DNA of 64,000 bases from Chrysomallon squamiferum (lineage: Eukaryota > Animalia > Mollusca), in contig CM022666.1 of assembly GCA_012295275.1 (NCBI GenBank), positions 14,012,001 through 14,076,000 of the forward strand, written 5' to 3'. The position numbers were made by a program, and so were the translations under genes. Positions within the stretch are counted from its first letter, which is position 1. Each line of letters begins with the position of its first letter. Below, piece by piece: positions 47,858 to 63,421 of the stretch. The notes beneath the pieces were generated by a model. It was not told the DNA's origin. It ran no database searches and worked only from the letters and a program-made list of their open reading frames with translations.

Positions 47858-47983
47858 TAATAATAACAATAATAACAATAAGAATAACAATAATAATAAT
47901 AAAAGTAACTATAATAATAATAATTAATAATAACAATAAAAACAATAATAACTAATAATAATAATAACAATAACAATAACAAC

Positions 47984-48030
<47 letters not shown>

Positions 48031-48111
48031 TAATCGACCAGAGAAATCCCTGCTCTCGTGTAATTAACGCTATCGCTCAGTGTTAGGAGGTATCCGCACA
48101 CGCACACGCAC

Positions 48112-48480
48112 CTGTCGAGCTAGCAGAGAGAGAGAAGCGCTTCCTGCCAAGGTAGAATATAACGATAAAATTCCCCGAGACTGTTTCTCGCTCTTATTAC
48201 TTCTACCTGTGGGTCAGTGAAGCGGAGCGCAAAATAAATAACACGCCAATCTTGCGCGCAACGCAAATGGGCTACCAGTGTAGTGTAGGTTTGCCATGTC
48301 GGGCTACAACAGCGGTTACACCTGAACTGTTGTTCGCTCGTTTCGCAGAACAGGAGACGAAAAAAAAAAATATAAATATAAAAAGGTAGACCACGCGTCT
48401 CGAAAGGAAGGAAGGAAGGACGGACTCTCGAGGGGGGGGGCGGGAGGACGGGCGGGGCGGGGGAGTGGCAGGTTGAAGAG
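48112..48480 (-). promoter_or_regulatory. Candidate first exon and promoter of the chordin-like gene
   Basis: Donor CAG|gtgcgt at 48111, CpG-rich segment, AT-rich TATA-like run at ~48371-48384, GC boxes (gggcggggcggggg) at 48450-48463. Confidence 0.4.
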
Positions 48481-49897
48481 TGGAGTGCAGTGGAGAGAGA
48501 GTGAGTGTGTGTGTGTGTGTGTATGTGTGTGGGTGTAGGTGTGTAGAGGGTGATCGTGAATGTGTTGGAATGCAGGTGAGAAAAGTGGAATGCGGAATTA
48601 AGTTAAATGAAGTGAAGTGAAATAAAATGAAATATAATATGTATAATGTAATGTAATATGGCATAATATAATATAATATGGCATAATATAGCATCTTATA
48701 TATATAATGAAATGAAAGGGAAAAGACAAAAATAATGAAAAAGTCTTTAGAAAAATAAATGTTAAAGTAATATAAAATAAACATGAAATACAATATAATG
48801 AAATATATTACAGCAGAATGCAACATGAATAAAAATCATTATCGTTCGCCCACATTTATTTATTTATTTGTTTGTATATTTATTTATATTTCATTGTTTT
48901 TATCTTCTTTTTCTTTTCTGTTTAATGATTCTTTTTATTTACCTCTATCATTTTCTTTCTTTCTTTCTTTCTTTTTTTTCAGTCTTTCTTTCATTCTTTC
49001 TTTCTTGTCATTTTTCCCTTTCATTAGGACACTCATTAAAAGTGTATTCACCTTCTCACCCATATTCAAACAGCACCTTCTTGAGTCAAGATCAAAAAAT
49101 TGCGTTTTACAAAACAAAACTATTAAGAACATGATCCGGCTCGCGGTAAAACTCGCAGTCCCGCCGTAGTTTGCGCAATCCCTGGACACCAGTTAAAGCA
49201 CGACGTTCGGGCAACGATGAAAGACTAACAACGACGTTGGCTAGACCGTGTCCGACGTCCCCAATAGGACGACGGGGATCGGTAGATGAATTCAGACTGC
49301 GAAGTCGGCGCCGATGCATTTTAACGGCGGGGAAATCAAAAGCCCGGCTGGCGATATTATTATCTATAAAAGTAACATCTAAGAATCTATTTGTCCCTTG
49401 ATAGCCGCAGAGCTCGGAACTGGGGAGTCGGGCGGATTGTTGAGCAGTCAGGTTTGGAAAGAATTTAATCGACTTTTGATGCTTTTCGCGAATCAGGCGA
49501 CGCATCGTGTTTTCCGTGCAGTGGAATGGAGGAGTTTATTTCGGATGGCAATTTGATTACGGCGCCCCGACTGACTCCGTTGGTTTTGTTTTATAATGTT
49601 TATTTATTAACCGTTTTAGATTCGAGGAGAAACCGTGAATTTTTAAATATCTGTGTAAATAGCGTCGTGGGAGGTGTCTGTCTGTCTGTCTGACTGTCTG
49701 TCTGTATTTCTGTTTCTGTTTCTGTTTATTTCTGCACTTTTTAAACAAAAACAAAATTTGAATTTTGTTTGTTTTTAATGTATATTTATGCACATAGATA
49801 CATAGATACATACATATATTTATATATACGTACATAGATACATATCTGTGCTTATATTCAACATAAACATATACATATATACATAGACATTCACACA

Positions 49898-49916
49898 CAC
49901 ATACATACATACATAC

Positions 49917-49947
<31 letters not shown>

Positions 49948-49960
49948 CATACATACATAC

Positions 49961-49991
<31 letters not shown>

Positions 49992-49993
49992 CA

Positions 49994-50027
<34 letters not shown>

Positions 50028-50040
50028 CATGCATACATAT
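49898..50040. repeat. (ACAT)n microsatellite
   Basis: Directly visible. Confidence 0.95.
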
Positions 50041-50864
50041 ATACAAATACATACAAATACATTCAAACACACACACACACATACACACGTACAGAGTTTA
50101 TCCTTTCGTTTTATTTATCTGGTTTCAAAAACGACTTGTTTTCATCGCAGTGCATCCATCAGGCTAACACTCGACGTGATTCGCGGGGTTTCAGCCTTGC
50201 CTAGGGTAAGCGATATCAGGGATCGTTAAGTTAACTGAAATATCAGAGGTCTGAGAGGTGCTTTGTAAGTGGATAGATTCAGTGAAGATTCAGGATCGTT
50301 GAGTCGGGGAGGCGTCAACAGTATCTGGAGTCGACAACTCAATACAAAAAAGTGAGCGTTAAATCAAAGCAACTGTCTCCGCTTTAAAGTGTTGTCTCGT
50401 TAAACCAGCTTCGCTTCTTCTTTGCTGCTGTTGTTGTTGTTACGATGAACGTATTTTATTTAATGTAATAGTTCTGTGATGATGATAATGATGATGATAA
50501 TGATGATGGTGATGATGATGAAGGAAGTGATGATGATGGTGATGATGAAGAAGGAAAGAAATAAAGCGGAGAATAGGAAGAAGAAGCGAAACAAGCAGAA
50601 GATGAAAATTAACAAGAATATACCGTTGGGAGAAGAAAATAAAATGAAGAAGAAGAAGAAGAAGAAGAAGAAGGATAAGAAGATGAAAAAAGAAGAAAGA
50701 AGAGGAAGAAGAAGGAGGGTGAAAATAGAAAGAACGAAGAGAGAAAGGTGAAAGGACAAATGAATAAGAGAAAGACGTATTTAAAAAAAAATAAGAAAAC
50801 AAAATATGAACGATTATAAGAACTGAAAGAAACACAAAATACAGAACAGAGAAAGATAAAAATC

Positions 50865-51092
50865 ATGAAATGAATGAATAAGTGATGAATTACAATGAAT
50901 GAAAGAATGAATGAATAAATGAATGAAAGAATGAAGAAATGAATGAGTGAATGACGAAATAAATGACATAAAAATGAATGAATGAATGGAGAAATGAATG
51001 ACTGAATAAAAAAATGAATGAGTTAATGAAGAAATGAACGACTGAATGAAGAAATGAATGACTGAATAAAGAAATGAATGACTGAATGAATT
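50865..51092. repeat. Degenerate (GAAT)n tract with 20-bp higher-order units
   Basis: gaaatgaatgactgaatgaa-like units repeated. Confidence 0.85.
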
Positions 51093-51718
51093 ATATGTAT
51101 CTATCTATAAGTTGTTTTGTTCTTTTTGTTTTGTTTTCTTATCTAATTTAAAAAGTTAGTCAAATGTTTGAAATTCCATTACCAACAAACCATATCGAGC
51201 CCCACCCATTTAATCTGTAACCAGATTGTTCTGTCTGTTTGTTTCTTTGATGTCATAATTATCTCAGAACACAATACCAGTTTGACCAAATTTATCTCAA
51301 CACCGCCGGTGTCGCTTACATTTGGTTTGCATAAAAAAATATCTGCTGTGTCATATTGGAACAACAATACAGGTTAATTGTAGATTTTTTTTTTTTTTTT
51401 TTTTTTTTGTGCGGTAAAAAAAAAAAAAAAAAAAAAAAAAAGGTTTTATTAGATAGATACTGGAATAGATAGAAAAATAATAGTAATAATTTTTTTTTTT
51501 TTTTTTTAAATTATAAAAATATACAAAGATCTTAGAAATGAGATATCGAAACATGGAGACAGTAAGGACGAAAGGAAGAACGAAAGAAAATGGTTGAATG
51601 AATGATTATGTATAAAACAATATAATAAAGAAAGAAGATATATATATAAAAATGTAAAAGATAGACATTGATGCGCGCGTGCAAGAACGCATGCACGTAC
51701 ATACATACATGCGTAAAT

Positions 51719-51758
<40 letters not shown>

Positions 51759-51967
51759 TCACATGGATATACAAAACACACATACACCAACATATACACA
51801 ACCACTTATATACACATATGAACTATATTTTATCATAATAACTTAATATGATCCTAACTACATATTTGCAGATACAAATGTACTTACAGACAAACTGATA
51901 CCACAGACACACGGACAGATAAACAGAAAACTGAAAACTCAGACAAAAATAAGAAAGATGAAAAAAA

Positions 51968-52012
<45 letters not shown>

Positions 52013-52742
52013 GAGAGAAAATATTTTCAACCTTGGAGTCGTGTTTTGGGAACTGAATTATTCAGCTGATTTGAAACGCGTAACCAGTCTGCCGCCATGT
52101 TGACCGTGTATGTGAAATATTTTCATCTGCTTCGTCAATTATCGAATAGTCTGAGAATTCAAAACCAAATTACATATCTTCTTTTTAAGAGCTATTTCTA
52201 CGCTAATTAACAAACACACAAACACACACACACAAAAAAAGAGAAGTGCCCTCGCTTGATAAAGCATTGTGATATTGGCTACATACCAAGAGAAATCGTT
52301 TGTCGGACTATACGGCGCTAGATAGCGCCATACGCTCACAATGGCGCAATGGCGGTATGGACGCCGGCTTCATGGTCATACCTATTTTAGTTTGTGAGCG
52401 GCGAAACTCGTGAAATACACATCAATCAAGAAGGAAATAGGCGAACTGAAAGAGATTTTGTGCCAGCTTGACTATCTGTCGTTGTATAGGATGGGTTTAG
52501 AATGATGGTTTTAAGTTTTGTTTCTCGAGAAAGAGAAAGGGAAAGAAGAAAAGGTGAAAGATTGTTTACACGTAGACTAGACACGTCTCAGATACGGATC
52601 TGGGTTTGTTTTACATATTTTGAAAATTGTTAAAATATTTCTCGTGCTGTGAATAGTTTGCGTTTGTTAATGTCAGCATAGAAACGTCGCAAAAAAAAAA
52701 AATATTCACCCACAAAAAAAAAAATCAATGACAGTGAAAGTG

Positions 52743-52821
<79 letters not shown>

Positions 52822-52989
52822 TTTAAAACGTCTTCTAAATTTAATCACCTAAATATAGGAAATATTTGTGTAATTTTTCTCTTACTGTTTTAACTTTGCT
52901 CGCTCTTCATTAAATTTCTGCTTTACTAAGCAAATAATTATGTACAGAAATATACTTTTGGATATTCATGTTTCTCTGATCGTATCATT

Positions 52990-53094
<105 letters not shown>

Positions 53095-53600
53095 CACAGC
53101 CACTCTTTCGTATTAACAGCCGCACACACCGCACCCTCAGCAGACGTACGACAGCGCCGACGTTGGCGACCACTTGTCTACGACTGGGCTATCGCGAGGC
53201 AAACAACACAACGAATGTAAATGTTCGCTTCATGACATCTTGGCGGACTCTTCGCCGCAAATCGGTCGATTGTCGTAAACTCCGGCGTTCTGCGGTACCC
53301 AGCGCTCTCGTGCTGCATACCTCGCGACCGCACAGACCCACGGGGGGTCCGCGCTAGACGATAATCCGGGTGCTTGTCTATGGAAAGCTCGCGATGACTG
53401 CCGCGGTTTATCAAACAAACCAATCAAGATCAGATATTGTGTACACAGCGCGCTCCGTCTTTGATTGACAGATACGAAACCTTACCGCTTTAAGAAGGAC
53501 TACGCGAGCGATGGGTTAACACACACACACACCTGTTTTTATACCTCTGTGTTTTAATATTTTTTTTTTGTTTATGTTTTTTTTTTTTTTCTTTTTCATT

Positions 53601-53673
<73 letters not shown>

Positions 53674-53707
53674 GGCTCTCTCTATCCCTATGTCTGTCTC
53701 GCTTCGT

Positions 53708-53750
<43 letters not shown>

Positions 53751-53858
53751 TCTCTCTCTCTCTCTCTCTGTCATTCACTCTTTCTCTCAGAAAAAGAGAC
53801 ACAAAGAATCAAACAAATGATACGTACACAAATTGATGAGCGACAGAAACGAGTGAGA

Positions 53859-53985
<127 letters not shown>

Positions 53986-54300
53986 TGTGTGATTAGCAAG
54001 AATACATAAACAAATGTCGTAGTTTGCATATAAAGAACAGGTACACAACATTCGTTAAAGCTTTCTGTCACTGGAGATCATCTTACTGTTAGTAATTATT
54101 TCCCGATTATTCACGGTTATCTGTAACACAACATCATAAAAATCATAAACGACTATTTAAATTTACTGTGTTGCGTAATCACCGCAACGCATCGAAATGA
54201 GCAATCACAACAGTACACCAACAAACTCCGGTTAGTAAAATGTATTGCCTCACCATATTGCACCAACAACACTCACTCTGTTGTCACTTAGTTTTTGTTA

Positions 54301-54353
<53 letters not shown>

Positions 54354-55976
54354 GTTATTATTATTATTACTATCATCAACATCGTCATCAACATCACCAC
54401 CATTATTATTGCTATTATCATCATCATCATTATTATTGTTATTATCATCATCATCAATGCTATTATTATTATTATTAATGTCATTTTATTCTTATCCATT
54501 AGATTATTTGTCTTATCGTAATGTATCTGTGTGTACATTTTTGTCTTTGCGCGTGCGTGTATGTGCGTGTGTGTGTGTATCTTTCTGTATATCGTATCTA
54601 TTTATCTACCATTCTATTCATGCATTCATTTTTTCCTTCATTTATATGTCCTTTTTATTCATTCATTCATTCATTTATGTTATCATTAGCGCTATAAATC
54701 AGTAATTGCTCAGTATTAAAAATTATGGAGACAAGAATGTGACTAATCTGAAAAAAAAAGATAGTATTTACGAGTTTTTTTTTTTTTTTTTTTTTTTTTT
54801 TACTCTTCTACCTTTCCTTTTTTTTTTTTTCCTTTTTATTCTTTCTTTCTTTTCTTTTGTGCGAACATGAAACAAGTAATTTTCTGGTGATTTTCATGGT
54901 TTCTCAAGTAACAGCCCTGACATAAATTGATTCAGTGTCTGACGGAGGATCGGTCAGGTTTTTGAAAAAAACGACGAAAATTCTGTGTCAGTTGACATTT
55001 TTACTTGTGTTTTTTTTTATTATTCATTTAATTTTGCGTTTCTTTTTTCTTTGTCTTTTCTTCATTGGACCTTTTTCTTTCTTTCTTTCTTTCTTTTTTT
55101 TTTTTTTTTTTTTTTTCTGTTTTGTAATTATCGTTTGGTTTTGACTTCTTCCTTTCCTTTTATTTATAAATTAGGAAAAAAAAAAAAAAAATGAAAATCA
55201 ATTTACTTTTACTCATTTTTCTTCACTTTCTTTCTTTCTTTATTTATTTATGTACGTATTTATATATTTATTTACTATTATTTACTATTCGATTTAATAT
55301 ATATATATGAAGAAGAAAAAAGTGAAACCTTATTCTTGACATAAAAAAAAAAAAAAAAGTATCATTTTATTTTCGAGACTGATTTTAATCTCAAATCTAA
55401 GCGCAACAATACATGGCGTCGGGTATTACAAGGGTGGATGCCAGTCGATCGAGGTGGAGTCGGCTGAAAACCGGGGCCCTTCATTAAAGCGGTCGTTAAA
55501 GTGACTTTATCAGATCCGCGGCACACACAGACCGCAAGTTTGAGACTTGGGGAGCCAGCTTTCGCCATCCATTACTAAAACTGGCAAAAAGTGTCTGGCG
55601 TGTCACACACCGGCCCTCTATTTCACAGCCGCTTTCAGGTCTTAAGATGACGTCAGAGGCAGACGACACGCGGAAGGAATCCGTCGTTAGACGGCGCTGA
55701 ATGCTGATTTCAGTAATTCTGTCACCGCTGAACGTCACGGGTGTAATTGACAATGCTGCTTAAACAGGTGCTCTCGTTTCCATGGCGCCTGCTGCAAATC
55801 GTATCCCACTTTTGAAGAAAACAGAATTTGTATCTCGTTCCTGAGGGAAATTTATAACGTTATAATATACTGATCATAATACTGATTCCCGTTTAACTGA
55901 CGTACTAACTAACTTACTGTGTAAACGTTTGTTTCTAAATCCAAATAGTGTAATTTCAATATTTTGTATGAATTCA

Positions 55977-56051
<75 letters not shown>

Positions 56052-56120
56052 TCCCCCTCTCTCCCTCTCTCTCAGTGTCTCTCTCTTAATGAAAGTTTTG
56101 TTAGATATCTATAGTAAGAA

Positions 56121-56212
<92 letters not shown>

Positions 56213-56977
56213 GCGTGCGTATATATATAGATATATAGATATAGATAGATAAATAGATAGAATATCTTTTTCTCTAGCTTTCTGTGTGTTTATGTCTTTA
56301 TTTCGATCTCCGATGCTTTCATTCTTATTGATCAATTTTATTCTTCGTTTCTTCTTCTTCTTTTATATGATTATTATTTATTTATTTATTTTATTTATTT
56401 TTATGTTGCTTTGTTTTGTCTCGTTATTTATTTTTGTTGTTGTTGTTGTTTTTTTCATTGACACATGAAATAAAGTTAGGAATCATTTAAAACAACAGCA
56501 ACAAAATGATGATAATAATAAAAACCTGAAGAAACAATGCCAAAAGTTAAAAGTAAAACTAAATGTAATTATATGCTAATGAAATGTATTAAATAAAACA
56601 GCAGACGAAAAATTATCGCGTCACAGCAGAATAATAATCATAACCCCTAGCTCGAGACTGTCTCGTGCGCACGTGCTATGGCAGACGATATTGTGTGACG
56701 CCTTTCTTTTCGTGTTAGTTTTTAACTAATTGTTTTTATTATTATTATAATAATTGTTATAATTATTTATTTATTTATTTATTTATTTTTATTTTTATTT
56801 ATTTATATGTTAATTTATTTTTAACTTTTTGAATTTATTTTCTTTCTCATTTTCATTCATGACCCGTTTACGTTCTTTCTTTCTTTCCTTTCTCCATACT
56901 TTTCTTTTTACATGTTCTTTTTGTCTTTCTTTCTCTCTTTATAATTTCTTCTTTTATTCTTTCATTTGTTACTCTCT

Positions 56978-57036
<59 letters not shown>

Positions 57037-58392
57037 TCATTCAGTCACAAGACTAACAACGTATTCAGCAGACTACAGTATATCGAAATTCACTCAAAAT
57101 GTCACAAATCGCTTAGAGACTCTTGAGCAATCCTTCACGATCTCTTTACGGCGATTGTCAATCTTCTTATATCTAGGAGCAAACACTCGAACCTCGTTGG
57201 CTTCTGTCAATCATTTTGCGTACGAGAAACGTCCGGATTTGAGTCAGAGAATACCTATTGCTCTCAGCGATATACAAACAATTACTACTGTCATGATGGC
57301 CGCGTGGTGCCGTCGTCCGGAATGTGGACGAATGGGTGCCATGCGATCGAGTCTCGTCTGTGGCATCTGATCTTTTTGTGACGTTGGGTTGGATATCGAT
57401 TCCTTTGCCACTAATCCCGAATGTTTGTCTGTCTGCAAGTTTAATCAGACGTACTTAGACAATAGAATATTTATTTCTAAATACAAGCATTGCCCAGAAC
57501 ACAAACATACACACATGTGGATACATTCAAACATATTAAGTCCGTTATAACTCAAATATCTGTCTGTCTGTCTGTCTCTTTGTATGTGTCTGTCTTTCTG
57601 CTTCCAGCTTTTTTATTCTTTTGATCAGTTCGCTTTATTATTGTTTTATTATCATTATCATTATTTATTTATTTCTTTATTAAAATTATTTCTTTATTAA
57701 AATTATTTCTTTATTGAAATTTGTTCTTTATTAAGAATTTTCTAGTGACTATAAGTAAATTGTCGAAAATATTTTTATCTTGATCTAAGCGCATTATTTT
57801 AGTTTTTTCACCTGCTAAATAAATCTTGAATTTATCTTTGGTCTCACTCCAGATTTCTTTTTCCCCGAAACTTACTCGAATATCACTAGGAAAATAAATA
57901 CATTTGATCAGTCAGCCACAGAGTGAATAGTGCAGCCTCGATCTTTCCACGCAATATAACACAAAGCACGCCATCACTGAGGGTATTTTCAACTGTTTCG
58001 TGAGACAGAAGAAAATCACAAAAGGGAAAAAAAATAACGGAGAGAGATAAAACAAACAGAGTAAACCAATACACTTTAATAGCACGCATCTAGCAGAAGG
58101 AATATTTATGATGTTTTAGTAATTTTATATCAGTTCGGTTTGGCTTCTTTTCTGTTTGGACACTTTATCCTCGACTTCGACTGAACCGTGCCATTTTTTC
58201 CCGATAAAATAACAAAGAATAGACACAACTAGGAGTTTTATTAGCAGCTTAGCCGTAATAAAACATTATTTGATATGTGATTGTAACTTTAGCACGTCGC
58301 CAAAGATCATAAAGGGTTCGTCCTGCTCAAATTAAAGCCTCAATAAGAGCTGGAAATTTATTTAAGATTATTGAGATGATTATTCGAGACGC

Positions 58393-58840
<448 letters not shown>

Positions 58841-59732
58841 GACTGGTGGAAGAAACAGACAGTCATGTTCTAACAGTTGTATTTTCTATTTAAACTATTT
58901 GCTGATGTCTGCACTGACGAGATCACATCAAGATCTTTTCTGTCGACAAATGACTGCGTCTGAGAAAGATGAATGCTGTGTTTAACGTAGACGGTATTTA
59001 GAATAATCTGTTTTGTTACAGGTTTGTCTCTGTGTGTAATGAATACCAGGTGATTCGACGGCTTAGTTTGCATACTGACTAACAGCTTTTGTGGGGAATT
59101 TTTGATATGTTAACAAGTGTGAAACGGCATGCCTTGGGTCTTTGTGCCAGAGACTGATGTCAAATATTTTCCACTGATAAAAGACAAATATTATATTTAC
59201 TTTTACAACAGCCCGTAGTCGCCAGGGTCTTTAGAGTAAATTGAAGTCTCGTAAAACTCTGATGAGGCGAGACTACGCAGAGACAGTCTAGGGATAGCGA
59301 GACCGTTAGACTGGTTTTTCAGATACAACTTTAATACGGTCTAATGATTAGTCTACGGTTTGAAATGCAACACAAGTTGTATATCGATTTATGGCTGTTA
59401 ATTAAACATACAAAGATAGGGCAGATTTAGTGGAGGTGAAACACACTATCTACTTTTATTCACTTTTTTTTTTATCCCCGCTTATCTCTATATACGACCC
59501 CGGAGTTCAGTCATAAATAATAAAACAAATAATTATCAGGAATGTTAAATATACTTTTGAGAATTTTATTTATTTTTATTTTTATTTTTTTAAGACGAAT
59601 CTGTTTCATATATTTTTAACCCACTCACTTTATATTAGTTTTTCGTTATTTTACAACACTGTGTCTAAATCACTAAGCTAAATGTTATTTTAATAGAGCA
59701 TTCGGTGATTATACTTCAGTTATTACACGTGT

Positions 59733-59795
59733 CTCAGATGCTGGGATTTGAGCCCTGAACCTCAGACTCTGACGTCGTTACCGAGCCCTCGAGAC
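59733..59795 (-). mobile_element. Possible degenerate tRNA-derived SINE head
   Basis: The minus strand reads gacgtcagagtctgaggttcagggctcaaatcccagc, resembling a tRNA variable loop/T-arm with a decayed B box; no A box, tail or TSD identified. Confidence 0.25.
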
Positions 59796-60220
59796 AGATG
59801 GTACATAAATAAAACAAATTACGACCTGCAGTCGCAAACATGACACAAAATAAACAAAAGTTGAAGAGAACGAATGACGCCACACGCCCAGTTATTGGCG
59901 CCAAGCTGCTAGTGGCGCCATCTATGTGATGACGTAAAAACATGACTGCGCGTTCCAAATGCGGTGCGCCGTGTGATTAATAACTTTTTATTAAAATATT
60001 ATTGCTTGTCTTTTCTGTCTGTCTGTCTGTCTGTCTGTCTGTATGTCTCACTGTCTTTTTGTTATGTGTTTCTATTTTATTTTTCTAATTATACAAGATG
60101 AATGAATGAATGAATAAAATATTTTTTTTTTTTTTACATTTATTATGAAAAGAATAATGCATTAAAAAATGAAAGAAACATACATAATATAAAATTATAA
60201 AATTTTATTTTCGGTAATTG

Positions 60221-60313
<93 letters not shown>

Positions 60314-60455
60314 AAAATACATACAATTACAGATATGCGTGTATGTTTATGGTAAGTATGTACTTAACGAAAAGCATATTTAAAAGAAGTAGTTATTCAA
60401 AACCTTTATTTTCTTATCTTTTTCTTCGATTTCTTTTTCGTTCTTGTTCCCTACG

Positions 60456-60489
<34 letters not shown>

Positions 60490-61356
60490 GAAGAAGAAGA
60501 AAGAAGAAGAAGAAGAAGAAAAAATTATAATAAATAAATAAATAAATTTATTTCAGGGGCTTAACTAACTTCGTCCAGAAACGGAAAAAACAAAAAAAAC
60601 TCAAATAATTACGCGCGGATGAATTCTTCAAGGCAAAGGTCGCCATAACTGAATTTCAAAATGTCTTCTGAAAACGGGACCAGACGACCGACTGTGTGTC
60701 TGCGCGCGTCAGGCTGACAGCACTCGAAATACACATCACGTGTCCAGGTTGTGACAGCTGAAACGAGAAACCCTGCTCACAGACTTAGCCGCCATTGCGC
60801 GACCGGTGTCAGAGGTCAAGAGCATTGACAACATCGCTGATCTGTTTGTTTGTCCGTCTGTCATTCAGTAGCAGTAAAGAAGACTATTTTGGCAGTGCTC
60901 TGTTTGTATGAGATGTAATCGTAGGTCAATATGCACTTGACTTGGAGTATTTAGTTCTATAAGAGTTGCGGTCGTTTTGGAGTCGAAAACTCTTACTGTA
61001 AACGGTCTTTAATAGACCTCGAGAGAGTGGCGCTTGTAAAAACTAAAGAGATTTGTACTTTAGAGTGTGTATCACATAACATTATGTACTTCTTTTGTTA
61101 CGGCTGCCTGGTTTTCTATGTCTGTGTGTCTGTCAGTCGGTTTGTGTGTCTCTGCGCGGAAGACAATTGTCTCTCTGTCAAATTTAAAAGTCAGGTAGAT
61201 CATCTCTCATTTCTGCCATTTTGTTTTCGCTGTCTGACACACGTGCTTGTGTATACTTGTAACACGTATGTGTGTATGTGTGTATGTGTGTTTGTGTCTG
61301 GCTATGTATGTGCTTGCGTATCCATATGTATATTGTAAAACTACCTTTGTCTCTGA

Positions 61357-61402
<46 letters not shown>

Positions 61403-62499
61403 CTATTATGATATATATTTTTTTTTTTTCAACTGGCAATAGTTGTGCAATTTATTTTATCATGTGGCCGACCCTTTACATTTTTCTATTTGATTACCTT
61501 TTATCTAACCGTTTTATTTCAAATTCATTAGTTCGAATAAAACAAATTAATATTTACCCAAACGAGAAAAGTTACTTCTTCTGTAATTATCTTTTGAATA
61601 TATAGAACTAACTGACCATTTAATTATTTAGTTAGTTAGTTAGTTAGTTAGTTATCTACACGAGAGAGAAAAAAAATCACAAAACTATAACAACAGTAAT
61701 TACCAGCTACAATTAAAATCAGCTAACCTAATTAACAACGCAAAAAAAAAAAAACCCCCAAAAAAAAAAAAAAAAAAAAGAACACACAAAAACACGACAC
61801 GTAGAAATTTCCAGAACTGGCTGACATTTCGACGTCACCGTTTGACCCCGCCCCTTACATCAAAGACAAATGACTAAATACGACGATAAGAAAGATGGCG
61901 TCAGAGACGAACCGTACCGGGTGCAGAACTGGACATAAACACTGCGTGTGCCTCGGAAAACCTTTACCTTCTCCGTATCTAACAGGCTGCTTGTCCAGAA
62001 CAAACATAACTGGCCGTGGCGCGACGCTGAAGCAAGCTGGCGAGCCGGACAGGGCGCCGTACCGGCTGTGGCCCAAAAACACGGATCATAAATTAACATG
62101 AATTAGGGTTAATGAAAGGTAATTATTGTATATTGTATTACGAGGGACGTGTATCATCAAGCAAAAGAAAAAAAAAAAAAACGCTATCTCTTCCCCTCCC
62201 CCATCCCCGATACAGGCTAGTTTTCAGTTTCTTAACTCCGTTATGTTCTAAATTGCTCATTTAAATGAAACGAAGGACAACATTAAACGCAATATGCATT
62301 TATCGTGGGGCGAAACCTTTTTGTATAACAGCGTCGAGTTCGTGAACACAAAGATAGGACCGGAATCCCATATTCCGCAACGAGACAAATAAATCTTCAC
62401 AGTCTGAGTCAGTGGATTAAAGACAATATCACTGTATAAATTATGCAGATACGTCTTAAAGGTGTTCAAATACAATAAAATACATAAAGTAATGTTCTG

Positions 62500-63065
62500 A
62501 TAATGTGATGTCACGTGATGTTTATGATGTAATGTATAGCATGTAAAGTTATGTTCTGATGTTGAAAAGTTATAATTTGATATATCATCACGTAAAGTTA
62601 TGGTTTGAGGTTATATCACGTAAAGTTATAATCTGATGTTAAATAACGTAAAATTATTTGATGTATCACGTAAAGTTATAATCTGATATTAAATAACGTA
62701 AAATTATTTGATATATCACGTAAAGTTATAATCTGATGTTAAATAACGAAAAATTATTTGATATATCACGTAAAGTTATGGTTTGAGGTTATGTCACGTA
62801 AAGTTATAATTTGATATTACATAACGTAAAATTATTTGATATATCACGTAAAGTTATGGTTTGAGCTTACATCACGTTAAATAAAAATTTATGTTATAGC
62901 ACGTATGGTTAAGATTTGAGTTTAATTACGTAAAGTTATGGTTTGATGTTATTTATTATCTGATGTTATATCGTAATATTATTATTTGAGGTTACATGCA
63001 GGTAGAATAAAGTAATGATTTGATCTTATATCACGTAACATTATGATGTCATATCACGTAGAGAT
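62500..63065. repeat. Minisatellite with an ACGTA core (22-28-bp units, 50-bp higher order)
   Basis: Repeated atatcacgtaaagttat(aatctgatgtt/ggtttgaggtt) alternating with aaataacgtaaaattatttg. Confidence 0.9.
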
Positions 63066-63373
63066 GTGGTGTGTCGTTATGTCATGTGACTCATGCACGT
63101 GCTGGAGATGTGCGCTAGGATAGGATAAAAACAAGTACTTTTTCTTCTTTTCTTTCTTTCTTCTTTTCTTTAATTATTTATTATTTTATTTGGTTTAGTT
63201 GAGTGAACTTATTCTTACACATATCTAATGAAGAAGTCTTGGAAATAGTACTTTATTTAACGATACCTTCAAGAATGTGTTAGGTTTACGATTTTAAGGC
63301 GCTTTATATTATATATATATATATTTATGTATGTATATATGTATGTATATGTATATATACTGAAATTCAGAGA

Positions 63374-63421
<48 letters not shown>

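Noticed and set aside
50476-50751. Lys/Arg/Met-rich 91-aa ORF resembling a basic nuclear protein
   Set aside because: Degenerate (GAT)n/(GAA)n repeat.
62500-63065. CRISPR-like appearance of regularly spaced repeats
   Set aside because: The intervening sequences are themselves repeated and short, there are no cas genes, and the context is eukaryotic.
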